Source: a virus. From it: a DNA stretch of 64,000 nucleotides. Where the stretch lies: the IMG/VR virus record IMGVR_UViG_2687453351_000002, positions 2,312 through 66,311 of that record, one strand, 5' to 3'. Positions 27,942-35,993 of this stretch are shown here, piece after piece (positions within the stretch are counted from its first letter, which is position 1; each line of letters starts with the position of its first letter). Under the pieces are notes generated by a model. The model searched no databases. It had not been told where the DNA came from and worked only from the letters and a program-made list of their open reading frames with translations. A program made the translations under genes and the position numbers.

Positions 27942-28490
27942 ATGAGTGGCTTCTTTCGTCAGGACGCCCGCATGGGCCGGAGTCCCACGGCGCTGGGGCA
28001 GGACGTTCTGGTGCTGCGCCGGTTTGAAGGCACCGGCCATCTGAACGCGCTGTTCGACTGTTCCGCCGATTGTCTGGCCGCCCCGACCGCTGTCGATTTC
28101 GACCGGCTGATTGGCACCCACGCCACCATTACCCCCACCACCCGCGAGGGAGAGCGGCCCTTCGATGGCATCGTCACCGAGGCCCGCTGGCTGGGCTCCG
28201 GCGATAATGGCCATCGCTACTGGCTGCGTCCTTGGGCTTTCCTTGCGAGCCTCCGCCGTAACCAGCTGATCTTCAGCAACAAGACCGTGATCGAGATCCT
28301 GACCGAGCTGCTGTCGGCCTCTGCCCATGCGGGCGCGCCGCGGACGAACGCGGCCAGGACCACCGCTTCGAGGCCGAGGGCGATATCGCGACGCTCGGGG
28401 CGGGCAGCCGGGTGGTGCCGGAGGGCAATCCGGTGCCGGGAACCGGCGGCGAGGACCCGTGCCTCAGCGCGCGGCATTCCGACCCGGCCG
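27942..28490 (+). pseudogene. vgrG: VgrG (T6SS spike) remnant with internal deletions and frameshift
   Basis: MSGFFRQDARMG..TALGQDVLVLRRFEG..FDGIVTEARWLG..LRPW..RNQLIFSNKTVIEIL, then second frame ADERGQDHRFEAEGD..CLSARH. Confidence 0.8.
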
Positions 28491-28520
28491 CCAATTCCCG
28501 CTTAAAGACGAAGTATAATC

Positions 28521-29453
28521 ATGGCCGGTGTAACGATAAGTCAGTTTTTGTCATCCAAAGACTCTCCCGCATGGCTTGTTCTGGATGGGGTGAATTGCCC
28601 CGATCTCCCGCACTTTCTTGAGGGAACCGAGCACTGCTGCTTTTATCGCGAAACGGGTCAGAAGCAGCCCCTCCATGCCCCGTGGATGATCCACATGGAT
28701 GACAGAATCTCCGAGATGGCGTCTTTCCTGCCAAACGATACGCATTGGGGATTCATCTTCACATCTCACTGGCCAATGCGAGATTTGCGCGCACATTTTC
28801 GACGCTACACGATGCTGAAGACTCCGCAGAATGAGGTTCCGGTTTATTTCCGTTTCTATGATCCTCGTGTGTTGTTCGATCTTGGTTATGCGCTTGAGGC
28901 AGATAAACTCCGGATGTTTATGCGCCCGTTCGGCAGGCTTGCAATTCCGTTGTCACCTCTTCTCGGTGAAAGATGCGGGCTCTCGCCCTTGGCCCATCAT
29001 GATGCTTTCCGGTCAAAATTTTTGACGCTCCCTATCCCGCCAGAAGAGCCGCCAGGAAAGGGTTCTCAGAGCTTTCAGATCGGAATGGTTGAGTATCGGC
29101 GCTTTGAGAATCTGCAAGCCAGAAGAGCCGAACGAAAACTGGCGCGTGAGTTGCATTTCACTGCCAGACACAGGTCAGACGCCGAAGTTCTTGACATCGC
29201 AGCGGAGGCTACTTCGCGCGCCGAAAGATATGGTCTGACATCCGTGCGTCAAATTAGGTTGTTCGCGAAATGCATGCTGAAATTCGGCCCCACTTTCGAC
29301 GAAACTCATCCGGGAGCGCGAGAGGTTTTGACGCGAAGGCGAGTCTCGGTTCGTGAAACATTTATCGCTTTGCAAAACTGGTACACGACTGCAGGCGACA
29401 AGCCATTTCCCGCAGGCGCCTCCCAGGACTTGGATATTTGGAATCGATTGTAA
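28521..29453 (+). CDS. DUF4123 T6SS effector adaptor
   Basis: WLVLDG, APW, WGFIFTS, LRAHFRR, VYFRFYDPRVL motifs. Confidence 0.88.
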   Translation: MAGVTISQFLSSKDSPAWLVLDGVNCPDLPHFLEGTEHCCFYRETGQKQPLHAPWMIHMDDRISEMASFLPNDTHWGFIFTSHWPMRDLRAHFRRYTMLKTPQNEVPVYFRFYDPRVLFDLGYALEADKLRMFMRPFGRLAIPLSPLLGERCGLSPLAHHDAFRSKFLTLPIPPEEPPGKGSQSFQIGMVEYRRFENLQARRAERKLARELHFTARHRSDAEVLDIAAEATSRAERYGLTSVRQIRLFAKCMLKFGPTFDETHPGAREVLTRRRVSVRETFIALQNWYTTAGDKPFPAGASQDLDIWNRL

Positions 29454-29467
29454 GGAGTGCGCGTTTC

Positions 29468-31117
29468 ATGAAATATTATGTTCCGACAATAGATGATATT
29501 GAAGCGTTGGTCGGTGCGCATCCTGGTAAATTCTCTTCCCCCCTGCAAACCATGCGGTCGATTGCCAATGCCCGTGCCCAGGGCGAAACGGTCAGCCAAA
29601 TTACGGCGCAAAATCAGTATCAGGATTATCTGTCCAACGGCGGCGAGCCGATGAATTCGGATGGCGCCATTCCGCCAGCTGAAGCGGTGCACGATCAGCC
29701 CCAAGGCAAAGCGGGATGCGATTGTGCGGCGGCTATGCCTTGCTGCGTGAACTCGATAACGCTTGGCTGTTCGCATCGCGACGCGCGCCTCACCCTACCT
29801 CAGGAGGAAAAGGCGAATGGGCAAACGAATTGTAAGCTCGTGCTTGTTGCAGACCAAGGTGGCTCCTCTGGATACGATCTATTGAAGGTGACACTCGACA
29901 GGACGCCCCATGGCGACTGCATCATGCCAAAGCAGATGCCGAAATCCCTGATCAAAATGGAAGGTGGTGAGACCGAAGAGAAGACCGCAGAAGACTATGA
30001 AATCAAGCTTACCTACCCCGGAGATACAGATCTGGGCCAGACGGACATTGAAAGATTTGTCAACGCCACGAAGTACACGCTATTGGGGGATCTGGAGAAG
30101 ATTGGAACAAACTATTCACTGAAGCTCGACACCTGCAGTGGCGAGACAACGTTCAACAGTGTGCTTCAAGTTTATCCCAGACTCGAGTGGACGGCTGCAA
30201 GTTTTGGATACGAGATCAAAGGCACCTACTACACGGACTTTACCTTTGTTCCCAGCGTTGCCCTGACAGGAAAACTCGACGGTACCTTCGGGGCAACGAC
30301 CTTTTCCATCGAGGGTGAGGGAGAGAGCAAAACCGATCCGGAAAACCATTCCCGATCCCTCGTTCCGTTTCTCGACAAAACGCTCTCCAAACTTCAAGGC
30401 TTGACTGGTGAGGGGGCGAGAACCAGCGAAAATTCCACACATTCTTCGATCTCCGTGTTCCACAAGGTCGATCTTGGAACCAGCAAATTCAAACTGGTCG
30501 AGCATCCCTCCGATCCGGCTGCGGTTGGAATCGACGCGAATGTCACAATGGGATTTGCTCCTCTCATCGGTATTGAAGCCAAGCTCGATATTATTGATGC
30601 ACTTTTGACAGCAGCCAACGGCGTGGCTCCCGGATTTGCTGAAGCTCTTCGCAAAGCGCGAGAGGTGATGGCAAAAGGTATCGGAGAAAGGGACAGCAAC
30701 GCTCACCTTTCTGCACATGCGGCTGTCACCTTAACTATCACTGGCACTCTGGGAGATGCCAACGTGGTTATATCCCGCAAAGTCAATGAAACGAGATGGT
30801 CGGGCAAGGGAGAGGTGTCTGGATCTCTCGAGATTTCGATCGCTGCTATCGTGAAGGCGGAAGGGAAAGCCTATATTGTGGAGAGTACCTTTTCCGCATC
30901 AGGACGCGCAAGATCAAAGCTCACAGCGGCACTGCAAACAATAAATTCACCACAGAGCGATAAGAAGTTGAATGCAAAAGTTGGATGGAATGGAATTAAG
31001 GTTAATGTTGCTGCTGAGGCGAAGGTTCGTGGCTTCGGAATCGTAAATATGAGCACACAGGGGAAAAAGGAAGTCCCGATACGAAAAGAAGAGGTGTTCT
31101 ACGATGCGGATTTTTAA
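29468..31117 (+). CDS. Putative T6SS effector of unknown activity
   Basis: AAGGAG RBS; directly downstream of DUF4123; AT-rich; no recognisable catalytic motif. Confidence 0.65.
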   Translation: MKYYVPTIDDIEALVGAHPGKFSSPLQTMRSIANARAQGETVSQITAQNQYQDYLSNGGEPMNSDGAIPPAEAVHDQPQGKAGCDCAAAMPCCVNSITLGCSHRDARLTLPQEEKANGQTNCKLVLVADQGGSSGYDLLKVTLDRTPHGDCIMPKQMPKSLIKMEGGETEEKTAEDYEIKLTYPGDTDLGQTDIERFVNATKYTLLGDLEKIGTNYSLKLDTCSGETTFNSVLQVYPRLEWTAASFGYEIKGTYYTDFTFVPSVALTGKLDGTFGATTFSIEGEGESKTDPENHSRSLVPFLDKTLSKLQGLTGEGARTSENSTHSSISVFHKVDLGTSKFKLVEHPSDPAAVGIDANVTMGFAPLIGIEAKLDIIDALLTAANGVAPGFAEALRKAREVMAKGIGERDSNAHLSAHAAVTLTITGTLGDANVVISRKVNETRWSGKGEVSGSLEISIAAIVKAEGKAYIVESTFSASGRARSKLTAALQTINSPQSDKKLNAKVGWNGIKVNVAAEAKVRGFGIVNMSTQGKKEVPIRKEEVFYDADF

Positions 31118-32036
31118 ACTGGTTTTGACGATAAGCTTGATGATGTCAGGGAGCACAATGATGGCAAATGAACTCGCCCCTTCGGAGACAGCTCTTGGGA
31201 TTGATCTGAATCTGAGCGCCGCCATGCTCGATTTCAGGGTGAATGATGTCCCGATCTTGGATCCGCAGACTCCTCTGAGTACCGACGCTCAGATCACGAC
31301 GCAGCTGACATTGAATGAGGCCTTCACTAAAGGTCAAAATACCATATCTTTCTCTTTGAAATTCAAGCCGAACTCAGAGTGGACGCCAAGTCTTCATCTT
31401 CGGCTGCATTCCTGGCCAGCCGGAACCTTGCCCGAGCTGTTTCAGGGATCGGATTTTGTGTTCGATGTAACCGTAGCTGCTTCGCAGAATGATCCGGACA
31501 AGGTCGAGATTACCCAAATGACAGGCACGGGGCAGCCCACGGCCACAATCTCCAATATACACCAGACGGCTGGCGACGGCACAACCGATAGCTGGAACAC
31601 GTGGACGGTGACAGCAAACGTGATGATCAACTTCCCGCAGGACGCATGGCAGTCCGCGCAGTTTCTTGAGCTCACGCCCGAACTTCGAAGAGAACTTTCT
31701 GGCGAATATATGAAGGTACACTCCGCCCTTTCACAAGGAGAGCGCGCCGCCAAAATGGCTCTGGCCCCCTATATCCATCGTCTTGCTGGGGGCATTGGTG
31801 CCAGCGACGAGGAATATTATGCCTCCGGGTATGAGGCGTTGCTTTCCGGGGAAGCCGGGTTCACGCTCCGTCCGTTCGATGCCGATGAAAGCATCGTGCA
31901 ACTCTATGGTCACGGCCGCCTTGCTGCTCTGTTGCCTCTTCCAATCCGGTATTGGAATCCCGAAGCCGAGCAAGAAGCAAGCCTGTTCCTCTATTTCTGG
32001 AAGGACCAGACGGGGCAGTGGCAAATCATTCATTGA
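31104..32036 (+). CDS. Putative periplasmic immunity protein
   Basis: Overlaps effector stop; signal-peptide-like MRIFKLVLTISLMMSGSTMMA. Confidence 0.65.
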   Translation: MRIFKLVLTISLMMSGSTMMANELAPSETALGIDLNLSAAMLDFRVNDVPILDPQTPLSTDAQITTQLTLNEAFTKGQNTISFSLKFKPNSEWTPSLHLRLHSWPAGTLPELFQGSDFVFDVTVAASQNDPDKVEITQMTGTGQPTATISNIHQTAGDGTTDSWNTWTVTANVMINFPQDAWQSAQFLELTPELRRELSGEYMKVHSALSQGERAAKMALAPYIHRLAGGIGASDEEYYASGYEALLSGEAGFTLRPFDADESIVQLYGHGRLAALLPLPIRYWNPEAEQEASLFLYFWKDQTGQWQIIH

Positions 32037-32136
32037 AGGCCTTGTGCTCGTTTTGATCAGGGACGCAATGTGATTGATCGCTCACGCAGCTTTCCTGTAC
32101 CGCCATTTGGCGTTTCACAGACTGAGGTCATAAGGC

Positions 32137-32463
32137 TCAGTGTTTTCTTCTGACCGCCTCGCCGATCCGCCGCCCGATCTCGCCGGGCGAGGGCGCGATC
32201 CATCCGATCAGCGCGACCAGCACGATCCAGGGCGGGATGACATTGACGATGACGGTGTCGACGCGGTCGGCGCGGAGGCGGTTCTCGGATTGCTCCTGGC
32301 GGATCTCGCGGGCGCGCGGCCGAACGATGGACGGCGCGTTCTCGACCTTCTGGCCTTGCACGTTCTCGGCCCCCGCCTGGATATTCGCGGCGACGTTTGG
32401 CCCAAGCGGAACCGGCAGCCCGCCGCATCCGGCCAGCAGCAGCGCCGCGAGGAGCGCCCTCAT
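32137..32463 (-). CDS. Lipoprotein with C-terminal TM helix; candidate unimolecular spanin
   Basis: Lipobox LAGC; C-terminal VIPPWIVLVALIGWIAP; follows endolysin. Confidence 0.6.
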   Translation of the reverse strand: MRALLAALLLAGCGGLPVPLGPNVAANIQAGAENVQGQKVENAPSIVRPRAREIRQEQSENRLRADRVDTVIVNVIPPWIVLVALIGWIAPSPGEIGRRIGEAVRRKH

Positions 32464-32969
32464 GCGCCGTCCCAGCGGAACGGCACCTCGGCCGGGATCC
32501 CGTCGAGCCCCTCATGGCAGAGCTGCCGGGCCTTGTTGCGGCGGATCAGGAGGCCGCGAACGCCCTTGCCCCCGGCGAAGCGCCAGCGCGGGAGCTCATT
32601 GCAGGCGCCGCGCAGATCGCCCGCATTGAGCTTCCGGATCAGGGTCGAGCGCGCGGCCGCGCCGAGGCCCACATTATAGGCCCAGTCGAGGATGCCCACA
32701 TAGCTCCGGTCCGGGATCCGGTCCTCGACGGGATCCGCGATCAGCCGGTCGAGCCCGGCCTCGAACCCAGCCAGGCGGTCGGCGAACATCGCCCGGCACT
32801 CGGCGGGGGTGTAGCTGTCGCCGAGATTGACGCCGCGCGTTTCGCCGAAACAGACGGTCGGCACGCCGACGATGTCGAGATAGGCCTCTGTCTTCAGGCC
32901 CTCATTGCCGCCGATGAAGCTGAGCGCGAGGGCGGTGGCGGCCGCGCCGCGCTTGAGGATCTTGCGCAT
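32460..32969 (-). CDS. Lysozyme-family (GH24) endolysin with SAR-like N-terminus
   Basis: EG..AYLDIVGVPTVCFGET catalytic E-D-T; K/R then Gly/Ala-rich hydrophobic N-terminus. Confidence 0.9.
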   Translation of the reverse strand: MRKILKRGAAATALALSFIGGNEGLKTEAYLDIVGVPTVCFGETRGVNLGDSYTPAECRAMFADRLAGFEAGLDRLIADPVEDRIPDRSYVGILDWAYNVGLGAAARSTLIRKLNAGDLRGACNELPRWRFAGGKGVRGLLIRRNKARQLCHEGLDGIPAEVPFRWDGA

Positions 32970-32973
32970 GGGC

Positions 32974-33186
32974 TCACTCCATCCTCTGGGCGATCAGGCG
33001 GGCGGCGAAGGCGGCCGCGGTGACCAGCGCCGACAGCCCGGCGAAGAGCCCGCGCGGGATCCCCAGCAGATCGGGCGAGGCGAGCGAGAGCCCGGCCTCA
33101 CAGCCCGAGAGCAGGCCCGCGAGCAGGATGAGACGGATCGACCAGGCGCGCCGGATCAGCGCGCGCCAGTGGGGCACGAGGTGCAT
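32974..33186 (-). CDS. Holin (two TM helices)
   Basis: 70 aa hydrophobic protein just before endolysin. Confidence 0.7.
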   Translation of the reverse strand: MHLVPHWRALIRRAWSIRLILLAGLLSGCEAGLSLASPDLLGIPRGLFAGLSALVTAAAFAARLIAQRME

Positions 33187-33210
33187 GGGGAAACTCCTGT
33201 GGCTGGGGGA

Positions 33211-33498
33211 TCAGCGCGGGACGCGCTGCAGGACGGTCTTGATGTCGGCGCGAAGCTCGCGCAGCAGCGCGTTGGTCTCCTCGCGGTCGCGCTGGCGGGC
33301 GGCGAGATCCTCGGCGCGCTGGCGCTGCCAGCGGGCCTCGAGGGCGCGGATCTCCTCGGCCAGCCGGGCGGTCTCGCGGTCGAGCGCGGCGGTATTGGTG
33401 CGGGCGCGCGCCTCGAGCCGTACCGACCAGACGGCCAGCCCGAGCAGCGAGAGCATCACCGCCCACCAGTCCCGGATCTGCGTGGTCAGTTCCTGCAT
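33211..33498 (-). CDS. Membrane-anchored coiled-coil lysis-cassette protein
   Basis: N-terminal TM WWAVMLSLLGLAVWSV, charged C-terminus. Confidence 0.6.
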   Translation of the reverse strand: MQELTTQIRDWWAVMLSLLGLAVWSVRLEARARTNTAALDRETARLAEEIRALEARWQRQRAEDLAARQRDREETNALLRELRADIKTVLQRVPR

Positions 33499-33611
33499 GG
33501 CGGGCTCCTTCCTGGGCGGGTCAGGTGTCGGCCGCGGGCGAGCAGCGGGACCGGGCGGCGCAGGGGCTGAGGGCGATGCCGATCATGGTCATGGGCCATC
33601 TCCGGGCATGG

Positions 33612-33630
33612 AAAAGCCCGCCGAAGCGGG
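33612..33630 (-). terminator. Rho-independent terminator after tail genes
   Basis: CCCGC-TTCG-GCGGG-CTTTT. Confidence 0.75.
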
Positions 33631-33672
33631 GGGATCGGGACCTGGGGCCGGTAGGCGCTCTTTCGGCTTTTG

Positions 33673-34233
33673 TCATGCCGCCTTGTACCCGCAAACTTTC
33701 TGCATGATGATTCTGGAGATGGAGTTATCCCTCTCCCTGTGCCTCAATTGGATCGCGTCCACCCGACCAGCGGGCAGGGTAAGGGTTAGGTCCTCGTGAA
33801 ACTGGTAGAGCTTGTCGTCAACCCAAGCCAAAAACGTCCCATCGGCGTAGGTATTCCCGGTCTCAAGGTTGATCATGATGCGGCAGGACAGCTGGCCCCG
33901 ACGGTCGTTGACCAAGTCCATGAAGCCAGACCAAGTGACTCCTCCGTCCGTAGAGAATCTAATCTCCAAGTCCTCCGACGTGCCCGGCCAATTACCATAC
34001 AACTCGAAGCGCAGCCACTTCGTACCGCCTAGACCAAGTACGGTCTGATGTGCTCTGCCCGACCACTCCAGCACCGTAATCGAGTCGATGAAAGCGGTGG
34101 GGCTTACGCCGGGAGCCCCCGGAGCCCCTTCGGCGATTGCGACCGGGTTGTCACGAAGCGCACGGCCATCGACCGCACGGCCCGGCTTGCCTGCTTCGAT
34201 GACGTCATTCGGGATGGTTGTCCAATCCGTCAT
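33673..34233 (-). CDS. Small tail fibre / receptor-binding protein
   Basis: MTDWTTIPND...LRDNPVAIAEGAPGAP N-terminus; AT-richer C-terminal half. Confidence 0.7.
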   Translation of the reverse strand: MTDWTTIPNDVIEAGKPGRAVDGRALRDNPVAIAEGAPGAPGVSPTAFIDSITVLEWSGRAHQTVLGLGGTKWLRFELYGNWPGTSEDLEIRFSTDGGVTWSGFMDLVNDRRGQLSCRIMINLETGNTYADGTFLAWVDDKLYQFHEDLTLTLPAGRVDAIQLRHRERDNSISRIIMQKVCGYKAA

Positions 34234-35993
34234 TGCCAGAGATATCCTTCTGATCCGTCGGGCATGAGCCCGTCTTCGTCTGCCCACCAAAAGCCGTTGA
34301 GCTTTTCATCATCGGTCGCGCTGCCAAAGTCGGGGGCGTCGTCGTCCATCCAGACCAGGTAACGCGTGGCCTGGTAGATGAACTGCTGCAGCAGGTATTC
34401 CGTGACCTCGCCCGGCTTGACCTGCTGCGCCTTGATGACCTGCCAGCGGCGCGTGACCGGCTGACCTTCCGTGTCGACATCGAGGCGGGTGGTCAGATCG
34501 GCCACCTCTCCGATCCGCAGCGCGCCATCGGCCAGTGTCGCGGTCAGATAGCGGGGCGCCGTCTTGAACCGGGACAGCAGGCGCTGGCAGAGTTCGTAGG
34601 CCTGCGCGTCGGTGGTGATCCAGCGCGAATAGATGGTCTTCGACCGGACATCCGCCCCGCCGGCCTCCATCTCGAAATCCGGCTCGATCCTCCCGCGCAT
34701 CGAGCGGTAGTTGTCGGGATCGTCCGATTTCGTGGGGTTCTCCGGATTGTAGTAGATGAAGATCCGGCTGATCCTCTCGTCCGGTTCGCGCGCCTGTGCC
34801 AGCGATCCGGCGACGATGTGCGCATCCCCGGTGATTGCGACGGAGGACTGCTCGGGCCGCACCGCCTTGAAGTCGATCAACTGCGCCCGTTCGTTCCACC
34901 AGATATAGAAGGTCCCGTCGCGCACCAGCTCGCCGAGCAGCTTGTTGACGGCCGTGGGTTTGTGGACCGTGCGCGAGAAGGCATAGCCGTTGAGATAGGT
35001 GGACGCCTCGGCCTGCCAGGCGTCGAAGTCCACGAACTCGGCCGGAACCGGCGTGTGGCCCGTCAACAGGTCATGTGCGATCAGGTAGCCGTCCATAAGC
35101 TCGTAGCGGCCGGTCCGCTGGGCGCTGGCATCATCGGAATGCGAGGCAGCCTTCGTGCCGAGGGCGGCGCGTGTGACGCCCGACAGCGTCCAGACGCCCT
35201 CGCCACCGGAATAGCCGGTATAGCCGATGATCTCGGACCCGATGCACAGATAGCGGGTGTCGGTATTGCCGAACCGATCTGAAAGGTCGGCCTCGCGCGC
35301 GGCCTCGATCACGATATCGGTCGCGTCAGCCGCAATGTCACCGGACAGGCGCATCTCGGTCTCGCGCGGAAACTGGGCGCGGGATTGGTCGGTGAGCCGG
35401 AGCGGGTCCACCCCCTTGAGCGTGACCCTCCCGTTGCTGTCCGGGCCGTCGACGCTGTCGAGCACGTAAAGCCGCCGCTCCATATCGGCCAGGGCATCGC
35501 CCGCGACCCCCTCGTAGACCCGCAGGAACATGTTGGCGTAGAACGGGTTCCGGGCGCACCACTTGGCCCAGAACGATCCGGGCCGGGCTCCGCGTGCGGC
35601 CCTGTACCAATCGCCGACATAGTCGTCGAAGGGCGCATCGGTGAGAGAGACGGTCACGCCGCCGGTGACGCCCAGAGGCTTTTCGCCGTCGCGGATCGAG
35701 CCCACGTTGATCTTGCTCGACCGGACCGAGACCGAGCGCAGCATCGGAAACGGGTTGGTCGCGACATGCTCGCCCGTCCGTTCGTAAAGCGGCACCAGCG
35801 CCTGCGTCGGCTTGACGAAACGCCAGGCAATCGAGCCGTCGCCGCGATAGTGTTCGCGGTCGAGGCAGGTGCCCCAGCAATTGTAGCAGCGCGGGCCATC
35901 GGCCAGCGTCGCCCTGCAAGGCGCGACCCCGAACCGCTCGGCGCAACGCGGCTGCCAGAGCTCGACGATCTGGATCGGTTCACGCGGCGGCAT
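34230..35993 (-). CDS. Tail hub / baseplate protein
   Basis: CxxxFGVAPC..CYNCWGTC; GRVTLKGVDPL; follows Dit. Confidence 0.75.
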   Translation of the reverse strand: MPPREPIQIVELWQPRCAERFGVAPCRATLADGPRCYNCWGTCLDREHYRGDGSIAWRFVKPTQALVPLYERTGEHVATNPFPMLRSVSVRSSKINVGSIRDGEKPLGVTGGVTVSLTDAPFDDYVGDWYRAARGARPGSFWAKWCARNPFYANMFLRVYEGVAGDALADMERRLYVLDSVDGPDSNGRVTLKGVDPLRLTDQSRAQFPRETEMRLSGDIAADATDIVIEAAREADLSDRFGNTDTRYLCIGSEIIGYTGYSGGEGVWTLSGVTRAALGTKAASHSDDASAQRTGRYELMDGYLIAHDLLTGHTPVPAEFVDFDAWQAEASTYLNGYAFSRTVHKPTAVNKLLGELVRDGTFYIWWNERAQLIDFKAVRPEQSSVAITGDAHIVAGSLAQAREPDERISRIFIYYNPENPTKSDDPDNYRSMRGRIEPDFEMEAGGADVRSKTIYSRWITTDAQAYELCQRLLSRFKTAPRYLTATLADGALRIGEVADLTTRLDVDTEGQPVTRRWQVIKAQQVKPGEVTEYLLQQFIYQATRYLVWMDDDAPDFGSATDDEKLNGFWWADEDGLMPDGSEGYLWQ

